DNA of 64,000 nucleotides from Savitreella phatthalungensis (Eukaryota): NCBI GenBank assembly GCA_051599415.1, contig AP039700.1, positions 372,001 to 436,000 of the forward strand, read 5' to 3'. Shown piece by piece: positions 44,585 to 54,908 of this stretch (position 1 is its first letter; each line of letters starts with the position of its first letter). The notes under the pieces were generated by a model. It saw only the letters and a program-made list of their open reading frames with translations, ran no database searches and was not told where the DNA came from. The position numbers and the translations under genes were made by a program.

Positions 44585-45562
44585 TTAGACTTGAGTGACT
44601 GGCGCGGTCGTGCCATTGATTGGTGCAGCACCAGTAGTGTGTGCAGGAGCAGCACCAGCGGTGTGTGCAGCGGGCGCGGCAACTCCAGTACTGTTGTTGC
44701 GGTGGTGGTCAGATCCGAGGACAACATCCTTCTCACGGCCAGAGCCAGTGACTCCATTGCCGAGGTAGGTGCGGCCCTCAACCAGACCAAGGCGGTCAAG
44801 TCCGATGCCACGGTGACCGAGCAGGATCCACAGTCCGAAGACGGGCTTAGCCAGGATGTCGAGCACGCCGTAGAAGACAGCCTCGCCGTCGGAAGAGGTG
44901 ACGTTGCCGCCCTCCGAGAGACCCCAAGCAACAGGGTAGAGGGTCCAGAGGAAGGCCGTCCAAACGGCAACGCCGATGTAGACGCGGTGAACGTCAGAGC
45001 CAATGCGAAGAGCGTTCTTGCGTGCCTCGAAAATGAGGACGTATGCAACCAGGAAGTATGCGACCATGCCGAATGTCCAGTATCCCCACTTGTACGAAGA
45101 CGGTGTCAGAGCTCCGACCAATCCAGTAACAACCATGATCTCGTCCATGACAACGACGAAGATGATTTGTGACCACTCGAGACCGGCAAGGAGGAGCAGG
45201 TCGAGCAGCAGGAGAGGAGTAGTGACGAACCAGTCGATGTAACGGGCGTAGAAGACCTGGCGGTAAGGGTCAGAAGAATAGTTGGCAAACTCGATCGCAA
45301 CGGCCGCGCTACCGAGGTTCGATGCCATTGTGTAGTACGCGATCGAGGCCACGGCGACAATGAGGATGGTGATGTAGTGGAAGATACGCTCGCCACGAGG
45401 AATGCGGAGAGTCATGCCCGAGAAGACGAGCATGGAGAAGGCCATGACGGCGAAGACTGCCCAGTACCAGTCTGAGCCAGCCTCGTTGATGCCGTCGACA
45501 CCTTGAGCCTGGCCGCCATTGACGGCGACAGCGTTATTGCGCTTGAGGAAGAGAGAATCCAT
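44585..45562 (-). CDS. Microbial (type 1) rhodopsin, CarO-like fungal opsin
   Basis: Seven hydrophobic segments; helix C YARYIDWFVTTPLLLLDL (R82/D85/T89/D96 equivalents), WTLYPVAW, helix G LDILAK (D212/K216 equivalents). Confidence 0.93.
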   Translation of the reverse strand: MDSLFLKRNNAVAVNGGQAQGVDGINEAGSDWYWAVFAVMAFSMLVFSGMTLRIPRGERIFHYITILIVAVASIAYYTMASNLGSAAVAIEFANYSSDPYRQVFYARYIDWFVTTPLLLLDLLLLAGLEWSQIIFVVVMDEIMVVTGLVGALTPSSYKWGYWTFGMVAYFLVAYVLIFEARKNALRIGSDVHRVYIGVAVWTAFLWTLYPVAWGLSEGGNVTSSDGEAVFYGVLDILAKPVFGLWILLGHRGIGLDRLGLVEGRTYLGNGVTGSGREKDVVLGSDHHRNNSTGVAAPAAHTAGAAPAHTTGAAPINGTTAPVTQV

Positions 45563-45638
45563 AACAGCCTTTATTGGATTATTGGAAGACTTGGGTTATC
45601 GCTTGACTACGACGGATCGCAGATGTGGTCGACACAAG

Positions 45639-45646
45639 TTTATATA
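45639..45646 (-). promoter_or_regulatory. TATA box of the opsin gene
   Basis: TATATAAA on the minus strand about 77 bp upstream of the ATG. Confidence 0.5.
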
Positions 45647-46001
45647 CACTGATCCGTGTGGTGGAGCGGAGCGCGAGGAATCTTTCTTCGGGAACGTCTG
45701 TCGATCTGTTCGAGGTCATTGAGATATCTGACTGGTTAGCCTGTCGTGGATCGACGCTAGTTTGGAACGTCACGCGGAAGTCCGTGCAGACAAATCTACA
45801 TCAAGCCAAATGTCGAGGATCTCTCATCGGTTATGACATACCTACTTGTGCTAGGTTGCTCGTCCTACGAGATGTGACGCAACTGTCATGTCCAATATAA
45901 GCGACAAAATTCGAAATATGTCGTCATTCAATAAATCATACAGTCCGTAGATTGATTAAGCCACAAAGACCCACACACATGATTTCCATACGTTTCATTT
46001 A

Positions 46002-46056
46002 TCTCTCTGTCTGTCTCTCTCTCTCTCTGTCTCTCTGTGTCTCTCTCTCTCTGTCT
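46002..46056. repeat. Imperfect (CT)n microsatellite
   Basis: tctctctgtctgtctctctctctctctgtctctctgtgtctctctctctctgtct. Confidence 0.9.
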
Positions 46057-47535
46057 AACAACTTTTTCAATACTATTATTCAGTACTTTCACCCTCTTTG
46101 TGACATGACCGTCCAGAATCAGTCTACCACGTCACTTCTGCATATCTGATTCATATCTATTCATTCAGCTACCCATGTAGGAATTTCAGGTTGGCTATCA
46201 GCTCGAATTATCTGGTCGTCTTCTGCCGGCTTCATCATTCAGGTTTGTCACCGTTCAGACAAACCCAAGAACATCAAAGACTAGGAGCAGAGTCGAACGC
46301 TTGTTGTCAATGAGCCCTAATGAGCCGAGTGATGAAATCTCCATCGGCAATGAAGGACCCGAGATCCGCGTAGAATTGCCTGCTGTGACATGGTTGGAAC
46401 GGAAGGCTTATCCTTTGTTCGAATGCTCGACAAATTCTTCCGATCTTTCAGTCCTTGAAATAGTTAATGTGCCGATGAGACCACCTGTTCCGTTTGTTCG
46501 GTAACCCAATTCCGCCAGCCACACTACCAAAGCGTCCAATCTGAGTCCTGTTGTTCGGTTCAGGCCGCCAAAACCTCCGGATCTTCAGAGCAGTACAGTT
46601 AGCGCCCTTTTTTTATTTCGTCTAAATGCCCGCTGACTCATGCCGTTGCTCGTCATAGTGTCACAAGACAACTTGTGAGGCAGAGACGAAAGTCTACGAA
46701 TGCATGCCAAGCATATGGATTTCCATCACATTCGAGAATCATCATGTGTTGTCGTGTTGTCCACTTGCAGGCGTCCATCACCAGACAATTGAACCTCTGA
46801 GTCAAAGTCGATCGGTAACTCCCGTCCCAGAAGAGAAAGAGTGAACACGGACGTGCGCACTCGCACGGTTTGCATGGTCATTATCGCCCTCGCCGAAAAG
46901 CATATCTCAGCTCAGCGCATTATCTCTGAATTGACCTGCTCATATCGGATCAACCATCGTGCGCACATACCCTGATGCTAGCTAGCTAGCTCCAGACCGT
47001 AGCGGCCCTTTTTGTAGGGAGCGTTTTCTGCTGTGCTCTCTCTTGCAGGAGGATGTTGAAATTGTCAAAGAGAAAATATTGCATGTGCACGTGCGCGCTC
47101 TCAATGCGGTGGCGTGAAACACCCACTCTCGCCGATGTCGGTCACGCCAGCTCCGGATCGAGGATGCTCGCCATATTCGCACAGGCTCGTCTGATCACGA
47201 GTGCCGTCTGTATGCATAGATTTCGCACGGCGTCTGTGCTGGAATGAGATGACATCCATGCGCTTAGTCCCTAGTGGCTACAATTGTGAAAGGTCTTGTA
47301 GAAGTAACGCACGTTGATTGCTCGCACAGCCGGTTTCGCACACGGTTACGAGACACTTTTCCGATGTCGGTCGCGATCGATCGAAATTAGGATCACCTTG
47401 ACACAAGCATTCTGCAGGTCATGGGCGGGCTGAGTATCTGTGCGTATGACTCGGTCAGTCGACTAGGTCAATCATGCGCAGCATCGAATACATAAGAGCT
47501 CCCTCACGCTGCTCTTTACATGACAGGCTCTTCCA

Positions 47536-49179
47536 ATGCTACCAAGCAACCTACTCTCTCTTATCACACTTACGATCTTTTGTGTCGCACATCCAGCCCA
47601 CTATGGCTCAACATCGGTTCGATCGACTACCTTGGCTGCCTCCGGTGACCCATCCGGCGGCGACCCTTCAGGCGGTGACCCGTCGGGCGGCGACACGGCT
47701 GGTTTGACTGGAAGCTCACCGACGGGCGGCGATACTTCTGGAGGTGATACTTCTGGAGGTGATACTTCTGGAGGTGATACTTCTGGAGGCGATACTTCTG
47801 GAGGTGATACCTCTGGAGGTGACACCTCTGGAGGTGACACCTCTGGTGGCGACACTTCAGGCGGAGACCCTTCAGCTGGAGACCCGTCAGGCAGCGACCC
47901 TTCAAGCAGCGACACGGCTGGTTTGACCGGTGGTTCATCAGCGGGCGGAGACACTTCTGGCGGTGATACTTCTGGCGGTGATCCATCCGGCGGCGACCCA
48001 TCAGGCGGCGATACTTCGGGTGGTGACACCTCAGGTGGTGTTACCTCCGGCGGTGATACCTCTGGTGGCGATACCTCTGGTGGCGATACCTCCGGCGGTG
48101 ATACCTCTGGTGGCGATACCTCTGGTGGCGATACCTCTGGCAGTGACACGTCTGGCTTGACAAGCGGAGATAGCTCTGGTGGCGATACCTCTGGCAGCGA
48201 CTCGTCTGGATTGACAAGCGGAGATACCAGTTCGACGGATTCAAGCGGCGGCGGAAGCGGTGACTGCGGAGGCAGTGACTCTGGCGGCACCGGTATGGTG
48301 AGTCTGTTCGGAGAAGACGACGACGAAGATGACGACAGCGATGGCGGTGGTCTTTTGTCCTTGATCGAGTCCTTTTGGAGCGCAATCACAGGCTTGGGCA
48401 GTCCAAGCGGCTCGTCCAAGACAGCTGTTGTGAAGCGTTCCGCTCGTCTAATGGGAAAACGCTCGCTATCCGAAGCGCAACAGCGAGCTCTAGCATTACG
48501 TGCGAGAAAGCAGCTCCGAGCTTTACTCAGCAGCGCGCGTAAAATGGCAGAACTGCAAGGCGCTCTCAGCCAAAATGGTCTGCATCGCCGTGATCCTGCC
48601 GCCGGGGATATTTTGTCGAGCATTATGAGCATCCTCTCGGGCGGCGGGGTAACCTCTTCTCTTGTGAGCGAGCTTCCGAGCCTTCTGAGCGGAGGCAGCG
48701 GTGGAAAGCTTGACGACATTCTAGCTCTCTTGAAAACAACGGCGCAATCGGGCGGTGCCGGATCTGATTGGTCGGATACACTCAACAAGATCATCAAAGC
48801 GCTGGGCAGTGGTGACCACAACAATCTAGGTTCGTCAACTTCATCCACACAGTCGAGCGCAGCTGCCAGTGTATCCGGTCTGTCTGCACTCGATGGCGCC
48901 GATACCGACACTGCCGCAACGTCTTCTGGCGTCTCGGGCGCTGCAGCACCACAAGCGACCAACTATGGCAAGAGCGGCTTGGGCACAGCCGGCAGACTCT
49001 CTGGTGGCTCTCCGCTCTCAGGTGTGACTAATTCAATTCAAGGCGCTCCTATCATCGGTGGAATCCTTGGCGGTGCTAGCGGTCGCGGTGGTAGCACGAG
49101 CATTTCCTCAACGCCATCCGCGGACGGGATCCTCGGCCGTGTGCGCAACATCTTTGGCAACCTGCTTTCCGGGTCATAG
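47536..49179 (+). CDS. Secreted Gly/Ser/Asp/Thr-rich tandem-repeat protein of unknown function
   Basis: Hydrophobic signal peptide MLPSNLLSLITLTIFCVA, about 30 SGGD(T/P) units, KR/RR dibasic sites. Confidence 0.8.
   Translation: MLPSNLLSLITLTIFCVAHPAHYGSTSVRSTTLAASGDPSGGDPSGGDPSGGDTAGLTGSSPTGGDTSGGDTSGGDTSGGDTSGGDTSGGDTSGGDTSGGDTSGGDTSGGDPSAGDPSGSDPSSSDTAGLTGGSSAGGDTSGGDTSGGDPSGGDPSGGDTSGGDTSGGVTSGGDTSGGDTSGGDTSGGDTSGGDTSGGDTSGSDTSGLTSGDSSGGDTSGSDSSGLTSGDTSSTDSSGGGSGDCGGSDSGGTGMVSLFGEDDDEDDDSDGGGLLSLIESFWSAITGLGSPSGSSKTAVVKRSARLMGKRSLSEAQQRALALRARKQLRALLSSARKMAELQGALSQNGLHRRDPAAGDILSSIMSILSGGGVTSSLVSELPSLLSGGSGGKLDDILALLKTTAQSGGAGSDWSDTLNKIIKALGSGDHNNLGSSTSSTQSSAAASVSGLSALDGADTDTAATSSGVSGAAAPQATNYGKSGLGTAGRLSGGSPLSGVTNSIQGAPIIGGILGGASGRGGSTSISSTPSADGILGRVRNIFGNLLSGS
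47641..48250 (+). repeat. Coding 15-bp minisatellite (tcN ggN ggN gaY acN/ccN)
   Basis: e.g. tandem gatacttctggaggt; variation falls mostly at third codon positions. Confidence 0.95.
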
Positions 49180-49282
49180 ATCCATTTCTACTTCATCTGC
49201 AAGCCTTAGCTTCCCTTTTCAACAATCATATTTCGCATGAGTGCTACTCAGCTGTTATGCAGTGCTTGTCGCCTTGACTGCG

Positions 49283-52024
49283 CTATACTACGTCGCCCAT
49301 TCTTGCAGCAAAGTCTTCGAAAAAGAGAAGGACCTCCTGGGTAATGCCGCGCTTAAGGCTTGCGAGAACGAGGTCAAAGTGCCGTTGAGCAACGGCCGGG
49401 AGATGAATGTCTTCGCGCATTGCTGCAAGGCCTGCGTCACGACACATGGCAACGATTTCAGCGCCGGAACAGCCTTCAGTCTCGTCAGCAAGGCGCAAGC
49501 GATCGAGGTCGGAATCGATAGCCATGTTACCGAGTTGCGTTGTCAAGATTGCGATGCGAGCTTCTAGATTGGGAGGGGCAACGTAGATGAGCCGATCAAG
49601 CCGACCGGGCCTCATCAACGCCGGATCGATCACGTCCGGCCGATTGGTAGCTGCGAGGATCGTGACATTTTGCAAGTCCTCTATACCGTCCATTTCGTTC
49701 AATAATGTGGTGAGCAGACGATCGGAGGAACCTTCTGACGGGCCACCAGCGTCGAGCAGTCCTCCTCCTCCGCGCGCGCTAGAAATTGCGTCAAGCTCGT
49801 CAAAGAACACGACAGAAGGAGACGCTGCGCGCGCCTTTTTGAAGACTTCCCGCAGCGAGCGCTCCGCTTCTCCGACATACTTATTAAACAGCTCTGGACC
49901 CTTGACTGCAATAAAGTTTAAACCCGACTCTGTTGCCAAAGCCTTCGCTACCAGCGTTTTTGAGCAGCCCGGTGGCCCGTATAGAAGCACGCCCTTGGCA
50001 GGCCTGACGCCGAGCCGCTTGAACGCCTCCGGATGGACCAAAGGCCACTCAACAGCTTCACGTAGTCGTTGCTTCACATGTTCCTGACCACCGACATCGC
50101 TCCAGCGCGTCTTTGTCGTCTCAAGGAAGATCTCACGCATAGCTGAAGGGCGCACAAGAGGCAGTGCGTCCATCACGTCAGCTTCTGTGACGTGCATGTC
50201 TTCCTCGGCGATGGAATCGCGCAGACAGCGTTGAATGCTGACGAGCACAGCCTCGCGGCATACGGCTGCTAGATCTGCCCCCACGAAGCCGTGCGTCCTG
50301 GCGGCCAGATCGGCCACAAAGGCATTGCCGAAAGAATGCGGAATGTCTTCGAGCTGGATTGAGAGAATCTCCTGTCGTGCGATTGCATCTGGAATCCCAA
50401 TCTCGATCTCACGGTCAAACCTGCCAGGGCGACGTAATGCAGGGTCAATGACATTCGGACGATTAGTAGCTGCGATAACGACGATGCGTGCAGATGAGTC
50501 CATGCCGTCCATCAAGGTGAGCAGAGACGCAACGATCCGAGATTCCGCCTCGCCGTTTGATGAATCTCCGTCGCGCTTCGGGGCGATGGCATCGACCTCG
50601 TCCAGAAAGATGATGGACGGTCCCGCTTTTTGTGCGGCAGTCCATATAGCGCGCAGCTTTTCCTCCGCTTCACCCATGTACTTAGAAACGACAGAGGGCC
50701 CAGAAACTGTGAAGATACGCGCTGAAGACTCTGTGGCAATTGCTCTAAGCAGCATAGTCTTGCCGGTACCTGGTGGCCCATAGAGGAGGACACCTCTGGG
50801 TGGAGACATGTTGAAGCGCTTGAACAGATGTGGACGTACTAGCGGGAGTTCGACAACTTCGCGCAGGCTCTTGATCTGCGCGGTGAGCCCTCCGATGTCC
50901 TCGTACCTGACCTTGGGCAAGGACTGTTCCTCCACAATGCGCTCTTCCTCATCCGAATCGATCTCTTCGAATTTTGGGGCTGTGGCAGCACCCGATGCTC
51001 TCCGGCGATCAGAAGCGAGTGATGCGCGCTTGCCAGACTGTCGCCGGCTTGGCGATTGCTGACTTCGGGGTGTTGACGGCACTGGTTGAGTGGCCGGTTC
51101 TCGTTGAACACTTGCGCGGGGCTGCGCAGTGTAATGGGCGGGAATCGATTGCGGCATCGGTGGTGCCTGCGCAAATTGACCTGTATGATTAGCTGGGGAA
51201 AAGTGCTGCGCCGGCGACCGCATGGGCGTCGATCCGCCCTGCGACAATCTCGGCGAAGCATAATTAGATGTTGCCGTCGGCGGGCGTCCTTCCGCCTTGT
51301 GGTCAATTTCAATTACAGACTCTTCGTCAAAGATGTAGAGCTCTGGTAGGTCGCCGGGACTGCCTTGCATCATATCAGCCTCGGATCCAAGACCAGTCCG
51401 CTGGAAGCCCATCCCGTTCATGCCTCGTACGAGGTTGTCAAAGCCGCCGCCAAAGTCATTCCTGGCCAGATCTCCCTGAATATTGAGCACTGTATAGGTC
51501 TTGAACTTGCCGTTGGAGAAGCAAGTGAATTCCATGCCTTCACTCACATACTTGACGTCCGCCAAGGTGCACGTGATTGCCTCCCGCCACTCTGCATCCT
51601 GGACCTTTGAGGGTTTATGCTCGTCGATACAGCACACCGATAGTCCCGTCATGCCGCGCACTTCACCCTCATACTTGCTGACACGGACCCTGTCGCCAAT
51701 ATTGATCAGGTGAGATTGTCTGAGCATCTCGTGCATCTGCACGACGTTGGATTCTATTGTTGTGGAAGGAAAGACCACCCCAAACGCTGCAAGTTCTTCG
51801 TCCTCGTCGGCTGAATCAAGACGAACGACGACGATATCGCTAATGAGAAAGTTCATAGCCTTCATGACGCTTTGATGCATGTAAACCCTGCGAAGATGAC
51901 GCATCTGTTTCGCAGAGCTAGTGATCGGAGCAGCTTTGACGACGAAATTGGTCGGCAAATCATCCTGCTCGATGATGCCGAGCGGCGGTGCCTTCTTGAA
52001 CATACTACCTTTACGTGCCTTCAT
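49283..52024 (-). CDS. AFG2: AAA+ ATPase Afg2/Drg1 (60S biogenesis, SPATA5 family)
   Basis: Two AAA modules (GPPGTGKT/LDEVD and GPPGCSKT/FDELD), LRRPGRFDREIE, VRPSAMREIFLE, KGPELFNKYVGE. Confidence 0.9.
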   Translation of the reverse strand: MKARKGSMFKKAPPLGIIEQDDLPTNFVVKAAPITSSAKQMRHLRRVYMHQSVMKAMNFLISDIVVVRLDSADEDEELAAFGVVFPSTTIESNVVQMHEMLRQSHLINIGDRVRVSKYEGEVRGMTGLSVCCIDEHKPSKVQDAEWREAITCTLADVKYVSEGMEFTCFSNGKFKTYTVLNIQGDLARNDFGGGFDNLVRGMNGMGFQRTGLGSEADMMQGSPGDLPELYIFDEESVIEIDHKAEGRPPTATSNYASPRLSQGGSTPMRSPAQHFSPANHTGQFAQAPPMPQSIPAHYTAQPRASVQREPATQPVPSTPRSQQSPSRRQSGKRASLASDRRRASGAATAPKFEEIDSDEEERIVEEQSLPKVRYEDIGGLTAQIKSLREVVELPLVRPHLFKRFNMSPPRGVLLYGPPGTGKTMLLRAIATESSARIFTVSGPSVVSKYMGEAEEKLRAIWTAAQKAGPSIIFLDEVDAIAPKRDGDSSNGEAESRIVASLLTLMDGMDSSARIVVIAATNRPNVIDPALRRPGRFDREIEIGIPDAIARQEILSIQLEDIPHSFGNAFVADLAARTHGFVGADLAAVCREAVLVSIQRCLRDSIAEEDMHVTEADVMDALPLVRPSAMREIFLETTKTRWSDVGGQEHVKQRLREAVEWPLVHPEAFKRLGVRPAKGVLLYGPPGCSKTLVAKALATESGLNFIAVKGPELFNKYVGEAERSLREVFKKARAASPSVVFFDELDAISSARGGGGLLDAGGPSEGSSDRLLTTLLNEMDGIEDLQNVTILAATNRPDVIDPALMRPGRLDRLIYVAPPNLEARIAILTTQLGNMAIDSDLDRLRLADETEGCSGAEIVAMCRDAGLAAMREDIHLPAVAQRHFDLVLASLKRGITQEVLLFFEDFAARMGDVV

Positions 52025-53346
52025 CTCGTAAGATCTGGCGTTGACGTCGAGGATAGCAACCAAGTGTAGTTCCGATTACCCCTCCAGGAATGAGCAGGAG
52101 CAGATGGTGTTGCGTATATGGTCGTTAGCGGATGACCGTAGTCGCGCGTTGCGTCGTCGACAGTCAAGATTGAGCCGGCAAATGAACGACTGGCGCGTGA
52201 GCGATATCTCAGACCGCGGACTATCAAGTGGTGCTTCAGTAACACCCTGCGACACCCTTCACCGGTAGAGTTTCGAGACCGAAGTGGTGCATGATCTCAG
52301 AAAGTATATGGTAGAGGTTGATGAGATGTTGAAGATCGTGCATGCATTGCCATGGCCTATAGTCTCTCAATCACACTATAGGTCGAGACTCAAGCCTCTC
52401 TGTGTGAATCAATCAGGTGTGTATAAACAGTATACATAATTGATACTGCCCAGTCCTCAGAGCCTTTCCTCGCACGGACTTTTTTATGTATCCCGCTCAG
52501 ATAAGCGCCGCGATTACTATAGTCAAGATCGCTAGCCGGTAAACTGAATACCCTGTCTGGAGGCTGAGCGAAGTTTCCAACTCAGAGAACAGGTTGTTGA
52601 CGAATCCGGCTGTGGCTGGATAAATGATTCTTGATTGGCCTGGAAAGCATCATCGTCGCAGAATCTCCACACTCAGAATCGTATCGAATTCGGACAGAAG
52701 TTATATACTACTACATATCTCCTGAGCCAGCATACTTGATAAGCTCAGACCTTTCAGCCACCAGGCAGCAAATACAAATATATGTATACTGGAATTTAAG
52801 CGGAAGCGCAGTACGTTTGAAAGCCTTCTTTAACAATCTGCCGAATGATGGAATGGTACGCGGTAATTTCTACAGTGGATCCTTCAAAAGAACTTGATCT
52901 GTTCTCCCACTCAGGTAAGAGAGCTATTTGTTCGACGCATGGAAGTTTGTGAATTTGTTGCACAGGTCAAGCCAGACATCAATGTGCATGTGCCAGACGC
53001 CTACAGCACAAGCGTTTTTATTGGATCTGTAGACTGTAGACTGATCCACTTCCAAACACCGATGGATACCATCCGCGTAACTCTAAAATTGGCTGTAATT
53101 TTCACGTAGAGGTAGAAGTCTGATCGAGTATGCCAGAAAGTGGATGTACAGTAGACGTTACTTGGCTTTGTATGGATCTGGTCACATATTTGGCATCTGC
53201 GCCTATGCATATATTCTCTCTAGAATGCGTGTGCACACAGACACGTGTAGCATATGACATCAACCTGAACGGAAGAAATCTTGTGAGCGTCCTTCTGGCA
53301 CCAAGATCATATCGACGGCCAGATTTTCCCTGATGAGCGGTCTTAC

Positions 53347-54402
53347 ATGACATCAAACACAGGCCTCAAGTCTGTTTCCTCCTGCAGTCTGGCACATGAT
53401 CTCGAGAGCTTCTCCATCATCGACAACGACTTGATCAAGACGATTGGAGATGTGTTTAACCTGCCAAAACCACAGTCGGACACGTACGACTATGCCACAG
53501 ACAGCGGCCATACCAGTCTTGAAGAGGCACAGCTAGCTCTGGCCTCAGGCGCGAAATACCAGTACGCCATTCATGGCAAAGTGGTACAGATCCCTCAGAG
53601 TGATATCCGTGCGTACACGGCCATCTTCAACGCAGCTACAAATCAGGACAAGGCTCTAAGATCTTTCGCTAGCAATGCGAAAAAGGATTCTCCGCGTCAA
53701 CGCATCGCCGCATATCTCAACAGCCGCCGGTACATTTGTCCAGACCTTTCCGCGAAGCTCAGCAAGAAGAAACACCATCTGAATCCATATTTCGATCTCT
53801 GGGCACTCTCTTGCGAGCACCTTGGTTTTGTTGGTCCGCTTCACGGCGCCGGTTACGACATGCCACATGCAGCGAAGCAGTCGCATCCAATACTGCCGAT
53901 TTTCATGCACCATTTTGGCTGTGGCATTCCAGACTACGAGGCCTTGTCTATCATCAAGGCTGTGGCCGGCAGCGGAAGATTGATCGATCTTGCCTGCGGG
54001 AATGCGTACTGGACTTGGCTTCTGCGGAGAGAGGGAGTGCAGGTAGTGGCGACTGACCTCATGTCCTCCACCTGGCGCACTCTCTGGGCGAACGATATTG
54101 TGCTGGCCGATGCTGTACAGTTCCTCAAAACCAAGAGTACAGCCTCAGATACTCTGCTTCTCGTCTATCCCATCGTCGGCGGCAATAGATTGACAGAACG
54201 AGTGATTGAGAGCTATAAAGGGAACTCTATCTGTATCGTGGGCACGCAAAACGCCAATCGTTACACCACCTTCGGTGAATGCACCACAGAGGAATGGTTC
54301 GCCAACAATCGGCCCAATTGGCGCCTCAGCGTACGCAAACCGCTCCCTAGCTTTGCGGGAAAAGATGATGCGCTCTACGTATATCAACGAAATCAGGGAT
54401 GA
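53347..54402 (+). CDS. Hypothetical protein with a class I SAM-methyltransferase-like C-terminal domain
   Basis: HHFGCGIPDYEALSII, LIDLACGNAYWTWLLR..GVQVVATD, LLLVYP, PLPSF. Confidence 0.65.
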   Translation: MTSNTGLKSVSSCSLAHDLESFSIIDNDLIKTIGDVFNLPKPQSDTYDYATDSGHTSLEEAQLALASGAKYQYAIHGKVVQIPQSDIRAYTAIFNAATNQDKALRSFASNAKKDSPRQRIAAYLNSRRYICPDLSAKLSKKKHHLNPYFDLWALSCEHLGFVGPLHGAGYDMPHAAKQSHPILPIFMHHFGCGIPDYEALSIIKAVAGSGRLIDLACGNAYWTWLLRREGVQVVATDLMSSTWRTLWANDIVLADAVQFLKTKSTASDTLLLVYPIVGGNRLTERVIESYKGNSICIVGTQNANRYTTFGECTTEEWFANNRPNWRLSVRKPLPSFAGKDDALYVYQRNQG

Positions 54403-54908
54403 TTAAGAGCGCAGCTGCTGGGTCTCTGCCGCTGCTCTGCACTCTTCATGCGCATCAGAGCTCACGGATGGTGGTGAAGCGATTGACCGGAGAATAGAGG
54501 AAGGATGAGAGACATAGCATGAAGCTGTAAGAAACAGTGTATTAATCAAGAGTCAACGAGGCTGGTTTGTCTGACGCGGACACCCCTACTCAAGAAGTTC
54601 GCACCTGGGTCAAACGAGGTTGCGGGCGTGCTGGACGAGTCGTAGCGCAACATCTGAGGTTGCTTGCAGTTGTCAACTGCACAGTGCCGCACATGCTGTG
54701 CTGATCGAATATGAAAACACATGCAACCAATCCAATCGGGCGACCCCACATGTTTTGGCTCGATTGTGAATCAGCTGATTTTGGCCCTTAATCAACGGTA
54801 ATTCTCATGTGGTGCCATGCGACATCAAATTGCTGCTGAGAGCATCATCACGTTGGGGCACGTCCGTGACGATCACAGCTTCGTACTGATTGTGGAGCAC
54901 CTTGGCCC

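Noticed and set aside
47601..48962. 453-aa antisense ORF with (PPEVS)n repeats
   Set aside because: Mirror of the SGGDT repeat; the plus strand has the signal peptide and an ATG start
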